From Phoronis australis (lineage: Eukaryota > Animalia > Phoronida), in NCBI GenBank assembly GCA_002633005.1, contig NMRA01000504.1, forward strand, positions 87,571-151,570: DNA of 64,000 nucleotides. The letters are read 5' to 3'. Shown here piece after piece: positions 1 through 12,300 of the stretch. The translations under genes were made by a program, and so were the position numbers. The first letter of the stretch is position 1, and each line of letters opens with the position of its first letter. The notes beneath the pieces are model-generated. The model saw only the letters and a program-made list of their open reading frames with translations. It searched no databases and was not told where the DNA came from.

Positions 1-439
1 TGCAGTATTTTGAGATGAGTAACTTTCTGCGGCATCCACAGGCGATGTAAAATAGGGCCCAGGGCGGGCTGGGTCACAAACAGAACAGATAACTGCTGCC
101 TTCAACTCATGTTAAGAGGGCGATTGTCTGACTAAGGTTCAATTCTGAATTTAGTTTGTGGTCTTATTTTTACCGGCTTCGTTCCTGTAATGTTTGTTAT
201 CAAAAATTTGTATGAAGATGAAGATTGAAGAAAAACCACAAGCACAACGTCGACCATGCAGATGATCCAAAATTCCCATCAAGATTTACTTAGCTTAGAG
301 TTCGACTGTCGCAACAACTAAAACTGTTAGGACTCACCTTAAGGATACGTATCCGACAAAATTCACAATATTCAAGACCAAAAACAACTGAATTCGAATC
401 AAAACCAGTCACGTTTCAATAAAAATCAGAAAGTTTATC

Positions 440-568
440 TGTTGGCAAGGAAATTGCGCATGCTCAGTTGACGATTCTCGTTTTATTACGCTGAACGAGA
501 ACTCAATTTCAAGATGTCTGCCTCCATAAGAAATTTCGTAAATAACTTTTGACATTTTCCTTTCGAAC
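440..568. promoter_or_regulatory. Putative (bidirectional) promoter and 5' UTR of ALS2
   Basis: NRF1-like TGCGCATGCTCA 455..466; YY1-like CAAGATGTCTGCC ~510..522; locally CpG-enriched; strong minus-strand donor AAG|GTGAGT at 338/337. Confidence 0.45.
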
Positions 569-582
569 ATGGACGTCTATAG
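569..582 (+). CDS. ALS2: ALS2 putative coding exon 1 (MDVY-R)
   Basis: gaacATGGACGTCTATAG|gtaagc: good Kozak context, strong donor, phase 2 joins exon 2 in frame ([14 protein letters not shown]). Lies next to promoter-like motifs. An alternative first exon inside the 17 kb gap cannot be excluded. Confidence 0.62.
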
Positions 583-3302
583 GTAAGCGATTTCTGTGTA
601 AAAGCGCATTGAAAGCACGGAAAGCTTGATGAAACTGTTGCAAATTTCATTCTGCTAAGCTGCATTGCAGTTGTCAGAGATCGTCGTCGTTGTTGTTTCC
701 CCGTACTCGGCGTAACAAACGATTTCGATGTGTTCTGAAAGTGAAATTAGGAAACACTTAGGCCTACGTAGACGTAGTCGTAGGCAACACGTAACTCCTC
801 GATTGGTTATACAGCGACTACAGAACTTTCCGTCAGTTTCTTTACTAATTTCATCCTGTGTATTTTAAACGGGTGGTCACTGAATTATAGACCTAACTAA
901 GTTAAACCAGGCTGGTAATTGAAAATAAAAATTGTTTGACCATCAATTCTGGTTTCTTGGTGTTAATAATTCTTCCGTCTATTTCATGTGTTAGGTTTCA
1001 AATATCAATCTGGACCAAGTTGAATTTTAAAATTAAAACACCTAATTCGTTCGTCCAAAGCATAACCTCGTTTTAGAGCTCAATTTCAGTTAACTGGACA
1101 GCTAGGCAATGACCATCGCCTCTGTTGGCCCGAAGCAGAGGCGATGTAGAGGCTACAGGCGCTCTGTACGCCGGAAGCTTTTCGGCGAATTATGCCTCGC
1201 ACCGAATTAACCAACAAAGTCACGTTGTTACAAATACCTTTTGCGCATAGAGGAACACCTTAGGAGGTTGTCGATGTGTTTAATTCCTTCCAACTCGAAC
1301 AAATACTCCCGTTATGAAACTTTTTCTTCGAGCAGTCCCTATTTCAGTTTCCAAAATCATGAAATCAACTTTTTCATTTTTTTAACCAGGCCGAAGGTCA
1401 GAAGTTGCGGACCTACCGGCGAACTTTGAAAGCTGAAGTTCCCGCCCTTCGCGTACGTGCTGCCGGGAACCAGCCGTGCATTTGCCGTGTTGTTAAACAT
1501 TAAAATGTCAAATATGTGCACAAAGACTATTAAATGTCATATCAACAGCATTTATTTTTATCAAATACAAACAATGATTCATTGAAATACAATCAGTTTC
1601 AAGTAACGCCAATTAAANAAAATTTTGACACGAAAATGACATTTTCTCCGGAACCATAAGTCCAATTTAAAAAATTTTACTATCGTTATTTTAGTCTCGA
1701 AAAGAGCTTTCTAATGATGTATATTACATACACATTTTCTAAAATTTTTGAAAAATGCTGTCCTCCCTACTGGTAATTGAAAATAAAAATTGTTTGACCA
1801 TCAATTCTGGTTTCTTGGTGTTAATAATTCTTACGTCTATTTCATGTGTTAGGTTTCAAATATCAATCTGGACCAAGTTGAATTTTAAAATAAAAACACC
1901 TAATTCGTTCGTCCAAAGCATAACCTCGTTTTAGAGCTCAATTTCAGTTAACTGGACAGCAAGCATAGTTACCATGTTTCTTTAGGGGCCTCGTTCATCC
2001 GAGGAGAAAGCCGGTGCCTGTGCCTGATCTGAGAGGGGAATCTTTTCGCCTAGTGAAGGGAAAAATCTACCTCCCGATCACCATCAATAGCACCCCCGCC
2101 CTGTTGCAAGTTCTCATAGGCTCTGTCTCAGGTGCTCTTTCAAATTGTCACCTGTGTGGTCAGATGATTTGAACTTCGAAGAGAAATTTTCAATTACTAG
2201 GGGAATTTTTAAGCCTCGTGGGGGAGATTTTGTACAATTTTTTAATATTTTTGAGATGGGAATAGGGACGATATTCTGTCCCCAAATCGAGGGATTGAGG
2301 GCTCTGTCCTTTTTGGAAAGAAAAACGCATCATGTTTTAACCTGTAGTCTTGAAAGCACAGCCTGGCTGGCTGATTCTCCCGGCGGTTGTTGCATTCCAC
2401 ACTTAAAACTAACACTTAATAATGTGCTCACTTTCTTCAGTGGTCCTTTCTACTTCTACACATATCTTCGATGAACCTTAGTTATGAGAATTAAGGTGAC
2501 TTTGGCAAAGAATTCCAACTCCACTTTTTGGTCACCGTTAACTTTTTCATCTCGCACACGATAACAACAAAGTATTTTCAATGAGTCACGTTAGTTAGGC
2601 AAAGGCTAGTGCGAGACTGAGCCAAGCACATGATGCTGACGCTGACGCGCGACACTTGCAAAATTGCACAGGATATATACCAGGTGAAATTTGTAAGATT
2701 TGTGTCCCTTGGACTTTTTATTCGTCAACATGTGTGTACCTTCCTCAAAATGGCACCGGTAAGAGAAACTCGAGCAAACTGTGACAGATTTTCAACGATT
2801 TGTTCAAATTATCTTGACTGAATCGTCTACACTTATGGTATGTGTTAATTATAACCCCATGTGCATTTATGCATGTTTCATTTGATTTTATTTCCTGTAT
2901 TTTGAAATTCGTAACTTTTTGTGGGGATGTACTCTCTCCCTGTATGCCTATGTTGTCTAGGGCGATGTAATGGCCTAATTTTTTGGTTGCCATTAAGTTT
3001 TTCACCGGGTGCGATAACCACAAATTATTTCAATTGACGTCACATGAGTTGGGCAACAACAAGCCCGAGACTCAAGAAAGCACATGACCTGGCACATGAC
3101 ACTTGCAAAATGTAGCATGGGCAGATTTCTGTTGGATTGTTAGATTTGTATGCATTTGTTGTTCATCAGCAGGTGTGATTTGGGCAACTTCTACAAAATG
3201 GTGAAGGAAGCTCGGGTGAATGTCACAGATTTTCATGGATTACATGTTCAAATTATGTTGACTAATGTGTCTCCAGAGTCATAGTATATGTTAATTACAA
3301 CT

Positions 3303-3347
<45 letters not shown>

Positions 3348-6300
3348 GCTTGTTTCATTCGATTTTATTTGCTACATTTTGAGATGAGTAACCTTTTATG
3401 GGGGTGGATGCTGCAGCGATGTAATTGCATAGGCAGCACATAGCCCCTGGTTGGGGAGGGGCTACTCCCCATTGGTCTCTGTTAATTTCATCTCGTGTAT
3501 TTTAAACAGGCAGTAGCCCAAATCAGGTCACCAAATATGAAGTTTTTATCTTGTCAAAAATATATTTTATACTTAAAGTTGTCACTAAACAAAGCACTTA
3601 CTTTCCTCAGTGATCCTTTCTGGTTCCATGGATATGCTCAATGAAGCATGTCTATGGGAATTAAGGTAACTTTGGTGAAGAGTTCTAACTTCACTTTTTG
3701 GGTTGCCGTGGATTTTTTATTGTGGGCGATATCCTCAAAGTATTTCAATTGACGTCACGTAGGTTTGGCAACAACAAATGTGAGATTGAGTGAAGCGCGT
3801 AACCTGGTGACTGACACTTGCATAAAACAGCATGTGAAGAGATCCAAAGGAATTTATTGCTTGGACTTTTTGTTAGTGAACTGACCGGGCTTTGTGTAAC
3901 TTCTTCAGAATGGCACCTGGCGAGGGAAGCTGGTGAATCTCAACAGATTTTCATGCTTATGCTCAAATTATTTTGACTAAATTGTAGCCCGAGTCATGGT
4001 ATGTGTTCAGTATAACACAATGCCTATATGCATGCTTCATTTGATGTTATTTGCTGTACATGTATTTTGAAATGAGTAACTTAATTTTTATGAAATGTGA
4101 ATCAGGTCAGAATTGCTTACCTGGTATACCACTATTTCCTTGTGACAATAATTCAAGCATTATCTTCATGCTAGCTTCCACTTGTTAAATTAATTTTGCA
4201 TAATTATAGACAGAGCCTAGTCAAAAGGTCAACCCCTTTTCTTTCACAGGGCCAACACTATACCGTAAACATTCGGGTTAACGCCCATGCTCACTGAACC
4301 GCCTATCCCCTACTTTTGGTGGATTTTCAATTTAACCGCCCACTGCTCGGTTAACCACCCCTCTGCGAGTTTTGAAGATTTCCAGTTAAGCGCCCACCTC
4401 TCGGTTAAGCGCCCACCTCTCGGTTAAGCACCCATCCCTGACTTTTGAAGAATGATGATTACGCGCCCAGTGATAAGAAAACGCGCGATTACCCATTTTT
4501 AGATAAAAATTGATGATAATAAAGAATGCAAAGACAGCGTCGAAGACGAGGGTTTGGCAATGTGAATTATAATACAAGTAACAAGTTATTGTCCCGGGTC
4601 ATGGATTTGCTTCAAAATATAATACCTCAAGTGAACGCTTAGTCACTTTATTTTCTTCACATGTTCGCAAAACTAAGAACCCAGACGGCTTCAATACCGC
4701 TAAGTTTCCGTCTGCAGTGCTCTGGATAAAACATTTTCGAAAAAATAAAGCCATAGAAACGTGGCAGTGGTCTTGCCAACACTCTTTATTTGCTTTAGGT
4801 GGGAAGCTCTCGGATTTTGAAGAATTCCCTTAACTTTGTGAATTTTGTTTCTACCTGCCTTTTTAGCCCACCCGAATAATTTTGTTTCTTCATTGGCTAG
4901 TTTCAGCCGGAACAAAATCCTTCCCATTCGAGTCTGAAATATCTACAACGTAGGGTGACTGAAAATTGACCTATTGCCAGGATTTTGTATGACGGCTTAA
5001 CTGACCATTTAGAACGCAGCATTATTGACGCACCTTCATTTACAAGCCGCCGTTTTACTCGATAAACAACACATTGCTGGGTAAAACTTATTCTTTGTTA
5101 GTCGACATTGCGCAAGGGGGCGGAGCTTGCGATAGATCAATTGGCAGCAGTAGGAGGGGTGAACACCTGGGGCCTAGGGAACATCGAGCCGCCAATTATC
5201 AGAACTGAGACTTCGCGTCGCAGTTTTGGGATATGTTGTTTTTTTTAAGAGCAGGATGCCCAAGTTCAGTGTCAAATAAACACCCGGTCAGCTTAAACCT
5301 ACAGTCAAGCTACTGTCGCTGTTCTCTTTTGATGTGCGACTTTGGTGTGGTGCGCGCGCGTGAGTTCCCACGCTCTGGCGTGCAAGTTACCTTGACTGCA
5401 CATGTGATTGACAGGTGACTCATATGCGCATGCTCATTCCCAGAAAGAAGGTCTTGAGAATCTGTTTGCTGCTGTCTTTTGCCATAAAAAACAAGACGCA
5501 TCATTGAAGAGGCCGATTACTTGCCGACTTTTCCAAGTCGCGATCATTTGTGGGGACATTGGGCGCAAACAGCAGGTCCGAACAGTGTCGCAGTTCGATA
5601 TTGTAGGTTATATAATAGGATAATCTGGAAATCTTACATATGAAATAAAAATGTGTTTTTCCACCACAAAATTTGGTAAGTCGGTCGTTTAACAATGTGA
5701 CGTTTTATCCCATATGTATGCCGAGGCCCGTACATTGGAAATTTCAGGTCGCGTATTACGACTAAATACAAGATGACCAAAATCTCGGCTCGCATTTTGC
5801 CTAGCGCCGAGTCCTGTTTCCAACAACTCCGACTCAGTAAGGACACTTTGCTCGTTGGAACAAACCACTGGTGCCGGTTACCCAAATAATGGGGGCTTCG
5901 TCTTCGAATTATTTTTACCGACGCAGGTATTTGTTTATGAACTTATTCTTTCTGAGACTCTACTATATGGGTTCATTAGTGTTAGTATTTTTTAACATTA
6001 AAATCTTAAGCACTTTTTTGAGCAATGCCTTTGCGGTAACTTTTGATTGACGATTGGCCGCTTATGTCTGCCAACCTCCGCCAGGCGGTCAAGATAAAAC
6101 AGCCGTTACATAGAACCTTACATTGAAAATGTCATTGAATCACAGAGTCTCGAACATAAACATCCCAAATGCAAAAAAACACCTGAATTAGTTTTTGCAA
6201 ACTTTAATTACAAATAATTTAAAACTGCTCTCTAACTCAGAACTTGACAACTAACTCGTGACTCTGCTGTGACCTTCGCAGCACATGAAGCTTGCAAGCG

Positions 6301-9300
6301 TGCACTGTGCACTGTCACCACGTCAGTGAGGATAGTTGCAATCCAAGTGGAGCGCTGCATAGTCACTGGTCGTCTGCGCGATACAGGTAGAGCTCTAACA
6401 AGACCGCAGGTTGGCACGGGCTATTACTCAGCAATTTTGTAAATTTAACTGAAATAATTAATCTGAGGGCAACAGAACCTTTGTTGGGGTCATCCGCTGT
6501 TATGACATTTTTACCGTCATTTGGCGACGTGGCGGAAGCTCGAAAAAGTGCTATGCGTTCCAACTACGTGTGGGGACTGGGACCATGAGGTAAGATTAAC
6601 CGCCCAGGGCGGTTGTGTGTCGTAATAAGCGCCCATGTTCGGTTAACCGCCCACCCCTGACTTCTTGAAATTTCACATTTAAGCGCCCATGTCTGGTTAA
6701 CTGCCCACCCCCGAATTTTTGGGTTTGCCAATTTAACTGCCCTGGGCATTAACCCGAACGTTTACGGTATATACACTTTATCACTTTATAGTACGCCACT
6801 TAGCGTAGGTGAGTTAGCAGGGTTAGGGACCACAAGTCAATCTCACAATGTAGTTAGCATCGTCTAGTATGATGACAGATCCAAAGTTTTTTATACTGAT
6901 AGAAAATGTTGTTTTCTTTTTGGGACGTATGTGATAAACTTGACCAAAAATCAGCAAATAACTTGCACTTTTCTTTACTCATTCTAAACGTTAGTATTGG
7001 GTGGTATAAGCCAGTTCTTAGTTACGTAATACAATGAAAACAGCTGAAGATGCCACTGTCTTACAGTTAAGACCTTAGAAATTTTTCGTTTTAACAAACA
7101 TCAGCCAAGAACTAAATTCAAACACCTTTTTAAAGGTTTTCAGATATGGAACAAGAACAGTAAAAAAAGTCCGACTCAAGGCTGACTTGTAGTGACCTTG
7201 GTAACAGGTCACAATCTGCAATAAAAAAATTGTGACTAGTTATTCTTCATAGATAGTTTTTTTGCTTAATTATGAGCTTCAGACCGTGCTAAATACTTTG
7301 GTTCAATGTTATTTGTAAGTTGGTAATAGCAGGAAGAGATAACCATCTCTTCCTGGTAATAGAATATTCTGCGTTGGCCTTGTGCTGAGCTGGCTCTAGA
7401 ACAAAGTGAAATCACGCTCTGCTAAACATGCATTTCTCCAAACCTCTTGATGTTACCTCTTAAATGAGTTAAGTAGATTCGAGTGTGAGAAATGCTCTTG
7501 AATACAGTTACACCAAATTCAACACGTTGCCGTTGCCGTTTTGGTTAGAAATTTAAATTTATTTCTTTTCTTTGTCAGTGGTTTATCTCTAGGTCCCTTA
7601 ACTAGGTCAGGCAGAAACTGTTTACATTTTATTTCAGTGATTTACGTCACCAACCAGCTGCTTTACAGTCTTGGAAATTGTTGCATACTTAAACCAACAA
7701 TTGATGACTGTGAGATAAGATAATCTATTCCCTTAAAGTTCTTCCTGTGTAATCTGCGATCGGAAGTGATATGACTTTGAAGGCACATATTGTTGACTGC
7801 ATTTTAAATGGCAGCAGCCTAGTTTTGTCTACAGAATATGAATTTTCATCTTGTCAACAATACAATTGACACCAAAAGGACTGCTTGTAAACTTTCTTCA
7901 GGCACTTTTCTTGCTTCTGAGCGTACCTTTAATGTTTTTGCAGATTTTGATGGAATTCATCATTTAGCAAAGACAAGTTGCTCATCAACTTCAAAACAAA
8001 ACCCTCGTGACACCCAGCTGCGTCATTTGATCGTTTTTGCTAATTTTTTTGGGAGATGATTACAACTTTGCAAAGCAAATTGGCTAAAAAATTTAAGTAT
8101 GCTGTTAATAAAGTACTATAAATTGATAAGGAGGTGAAATCGAGTCCAATGAGTTTTTGTGAACTGTACATAGGTACCTACCTAGCCTGTGGAGGACAGA
8201 GTGTTGACTGAAGAATAGCCAAAAAAATTAGCCATATACGCGACGGTGTTCCATGATGCTCAAAACTGACATAACAGACTAATATAATAACTGCAGTTCT
8301 TTAGCAACAGCGACCTGAAATTTCAAGAAATTTTGTGTCAGATTTTAAGTTGACTCACATTTTAAGTTGACTCACATTTTACGCTTATTCATCCAAAGCT
8401 GTATATTTATTCACGACTCGTGTGAAAAAATCTCAATGATCGAGATCTGTGAATTCTACTTCTGTGTTTTATTGAAATTACTTCTGAAATTTTCTTTCAA
8501 AGACAGTCATTATTTACATATTTCTGTTGTTGCCTCATGTGATTCACTGAATGGAATGAGGTGTTTGCACCTTCTTATTAAGGAAATCTTGCTATTCTAC
8601 TGAGGATAAAATTCTCCCTCTGTTGCGTTCACGAGTTTTTCTATTGAGGGAAAATTTACACCCTAACCCAGAGCTTTATCAGGAGTTCAAAAATTGGGTG
8701 TCCAAAATGGGGTTCCCAGTATTCCAGGGCATCCATGATTCCAACAATGCCCCCACACCCCACCGCTGTTCACAAGCAATCTGCCCCGCACACAGCGAGG
8801 TTTTTTACAAAAAAATGCACAGACCAAGGCTTTTACATCTAAGTTTTCAAAAACAGCCACCTGTAGTGAGCTTTTTATACAAACAAAAAACTCGTGGACC
8901 AAGACTTTTACTTCTAAAGTGAAGAAAGCAGTCAAGTAGATTACCAAACAAATATTAGAGATATTGGATGAACGATGAGTGCAATATATTTTTGGTGATT
9001 TCGAATCAAATTGATATTATAAAGTTTATCATATCATCTTAACTAGCTTTAATATTCTGCAAATGAGTCATCAGAGAAGCAGTTACAAACAAGAAAAATG
9101 CTCATATGATGTGTGGTTTATATTTTGGCAACAGGTGTCACTGCTGTTCCATATTAAAACCTTAAAACGTTGAAAAGAATGAAATGGGCACAAACTCAAA
9201 AATTTTAAATAGACATATTCTTGTGGCACAATGCAGTATTAAAATGATTATATTTATTTTGCTTTTAATGTTTATTAAAATTAAAATGAAAACCGTGAAA

Positions 9301-12300
9301 TTACAGCTCTGAAACACTGGTTTGGCACTACACTAAGGTTGACCCCTACATATCTTAGCGAACTACATAGTTGGAGATCAGGCCACTGGGAGCAGTGGAA
9401 GAAACAGTGCAACTCGTGTAATGCTTGAAAAGTGTTGGATACTCTATGCATTCAACTAGTTTGAACATGGCAACAATACATTGTATATTTTTTCCTGACT
9501 TCCAAACTTGAAAGTTTCTGATTTACAGTGGACGTCCAAATGATACATTGGGCATCCTATCCAGGGCATCCAGATTAGTGCTAAGGCGTCCGAATAGACA
9601 TGATGCTGGATAAAGGTCTGCCCCGCCCCCAGCTACCAGCTACCAGCTGTTGCCATCAACTGTACTGGTCACTAATCCAGTGGTGAATATTTGCAGTAAG
9701 AGTGACACAAGTCTGGTCAGTTCACCTACATGCTAAACTCTCACTAATTTAAGGCACAATATGACGCATATGTGAAATTTTGTGTCCTTATGTTTTCATA
9801 AAGGACAGGTCCCACCATGCCAGTGCTTAACAGTTAAGTTTCATTCCGTGGCTTGACTTCAGAAAAGATTGTGAGAAGCTATGGAGGTTCACAACAAAGT
9901 TACAACATTTAACACATGAAAAAGGATCAGTTTTGACTATTATTTTTATCCCAGATTGATAGCTCACATTTGTAATGTTGATTACTGTCACAGGTTTGTT
10001 GTGAGTCTTGAAATTTCTCACTGGGAAGACAGATTACAGTCTAGTGTCAACCTTCATGATTTTGTTTTTAGAAATGCTGTTAAGCAACATAAATCGTGTA
10101 CAATTTTTCATATTTTACAAAAAACTTCACTTGATTGAAAATGTGTCGTTTGAAGGCAATGTAGTCAGGAACAATCATTGATACTTCAGAAAATAAATGC
10201 CTTTGTTTGGGTTGATAATGCGCAATGCAAAAAGTTGCATGTGGATCAAATCTGAAAGAACAATTCTGATGGTCCAATATTTGGTGTGGCCTTTTTAATG
10301 ACCTTGGATAGATGGTCTAATATTTGGTGTGGCCTTGCTAATAGCCAAACTGAACAAGGTCATCAGCTTGCCACTGTCCTGAGTCAGTGCAGTGTAACAT
10401 AAATCAGAGCATTAACTCAATCACTTGGATAACCCTATGAATGTGGTCAAACACCTTAATAATGGCCTAATTTTAACTGCTCAGTGACATGTGACATGTT
10501 AGGGTACATGAAACTGGATGGTGCCTTATCAGAGCCTAACAGGATGTACTTTTAACCTATTTGTAATCATGCCACTGGTGCTGATGTATGGTTTTGAAAA
10601 ATGTGTCTTTAATTTTGTTTGTATAGTAGGTTTTAAATAAACTAGACAGACTTTGACAGAACTGTGCCAGAGTCTGTAAAACTTGTCTTTTCTGACATTG
10701 TCTTAATTTTGAGAACAACTGTTAGTTCATGATTTGTAAAGTCCTAGTACTCTGGTTAAATAAACAAGACAGTGAATGTCGACCATAAAACTAAGAGAAA
10801 TTATAAGTTATAATGCTTATTGAATTATGAAAACTCACTTGAAAATCACAGTTTACTGACGTATTCAATTGTAAAAGAATGTATTAGTTACAAAAGATTT
10901 TCCGAACGTTATCATAATACTAACTATAGTAAGCAACTCTCAATAACAAGCATATTTAATAGAGATACTGTTGATGGCCATGTTATGTAATAATACAAAT
11001 TCTTTGCTTTTCCATAGACAATAAATGCCAGTTGTCATTTTTCTATCACATTATGACTACTATTAATAATGTCATATTATATTACATAAGCATTATGTAC
11101 AAACCAAGCTAGGAAGGAGACAAAGTTTTGTGAAGTGCTTTTCTTCATATTTTGTGCTAAATGGATAAAAAAATTCCCAGCACTGCATTCTTGATGCATG
11201 GAGGTATGATGGAGCCTTTTCAAATTCACCTTAATGCAGGATCAAGGTAAGTGCAGGAAATGCCAAGTTGAAAAGAACAAGAAAACTAAAACTAAGTTGA
11301 ACAGAACCAGAAAACAGGATCTATTTCAGTTGTTTTTCAAATTACCATGTGACTCTGTTAACATTTTGGCCATCATGAATGAAACACGTGGTCTAAATGG
11401 TTATGCATAATAATTATGCCGTTATCCCCAAAAGGGACTCTCTTGTGATTTTTCTTAAATGTGCAAATCCAGATTTAGCATTATTCACAAAAATACTGCC
11501 ATGGGACAATTTCCTTAAGAGTCTATACTCTTGTCAAATAATGCAAGTGCTTCGTCAAATTTTGCAAAATGTTACCAGGTATCAGTTGTACCAATGCTAT
11601 AGAGTGAATGCCAAAACTGAACCCTATTTCGGCATTCCGTGACTACCATTTGTATCTCCTGTATGTTCTATCTTTCGTTATTAGTTGAGTTCATTTGACA
11701 TCACCAGACAACAAGAAAACACTGTCCAGCCAGTTATAGTACTTCGTGTTCACAGTTGCACCTTTAGTGATACTGTTTGCACTCGCGATACTATTCCTCC
11801 AAAGTAGATTTGTTGATGGTACTCTGAACTTTGGAAATTCCATCAAAGCCTGCTGATCAAAAACTGGAATGGATTCTCGACCGTCGCCTGTTGTGCCCAC
11901 TCCTGCTGGGCCTATGATTAGCGGAAATTCAGACAACAGCGTCCCGCCAAACTTGCTGAACTGAAGAATAACCCGGAGTGTATATCGAATATCTACCAGG
12001 TGGCAGCCTGGTATTATAGAAGGAATTAGTGTTTTCGGAATTGTAAAGAAGATTTCGCAGTCGCTAGTTGTGTTCAAGTCATTTATGTCGCCACCAAGTC
12101 GAATTTTCCTCTGGAAGGCAGCCACAATGGTGGTGAGCTTTTTTTCTCTGATGCGTTTGCTTTTCTTTTCGAAGTGTCTGAGAGAGGCATTCTGTATCAA
12201 TTCAAGCTTAATCCCCTTCACGTGGTTCTCTTCAAAATGCTTGCTATCGGTTGTGGCCTCCAGGTGGAGCTCTATCTGGTCTCCAAGCTGATAGACACTT

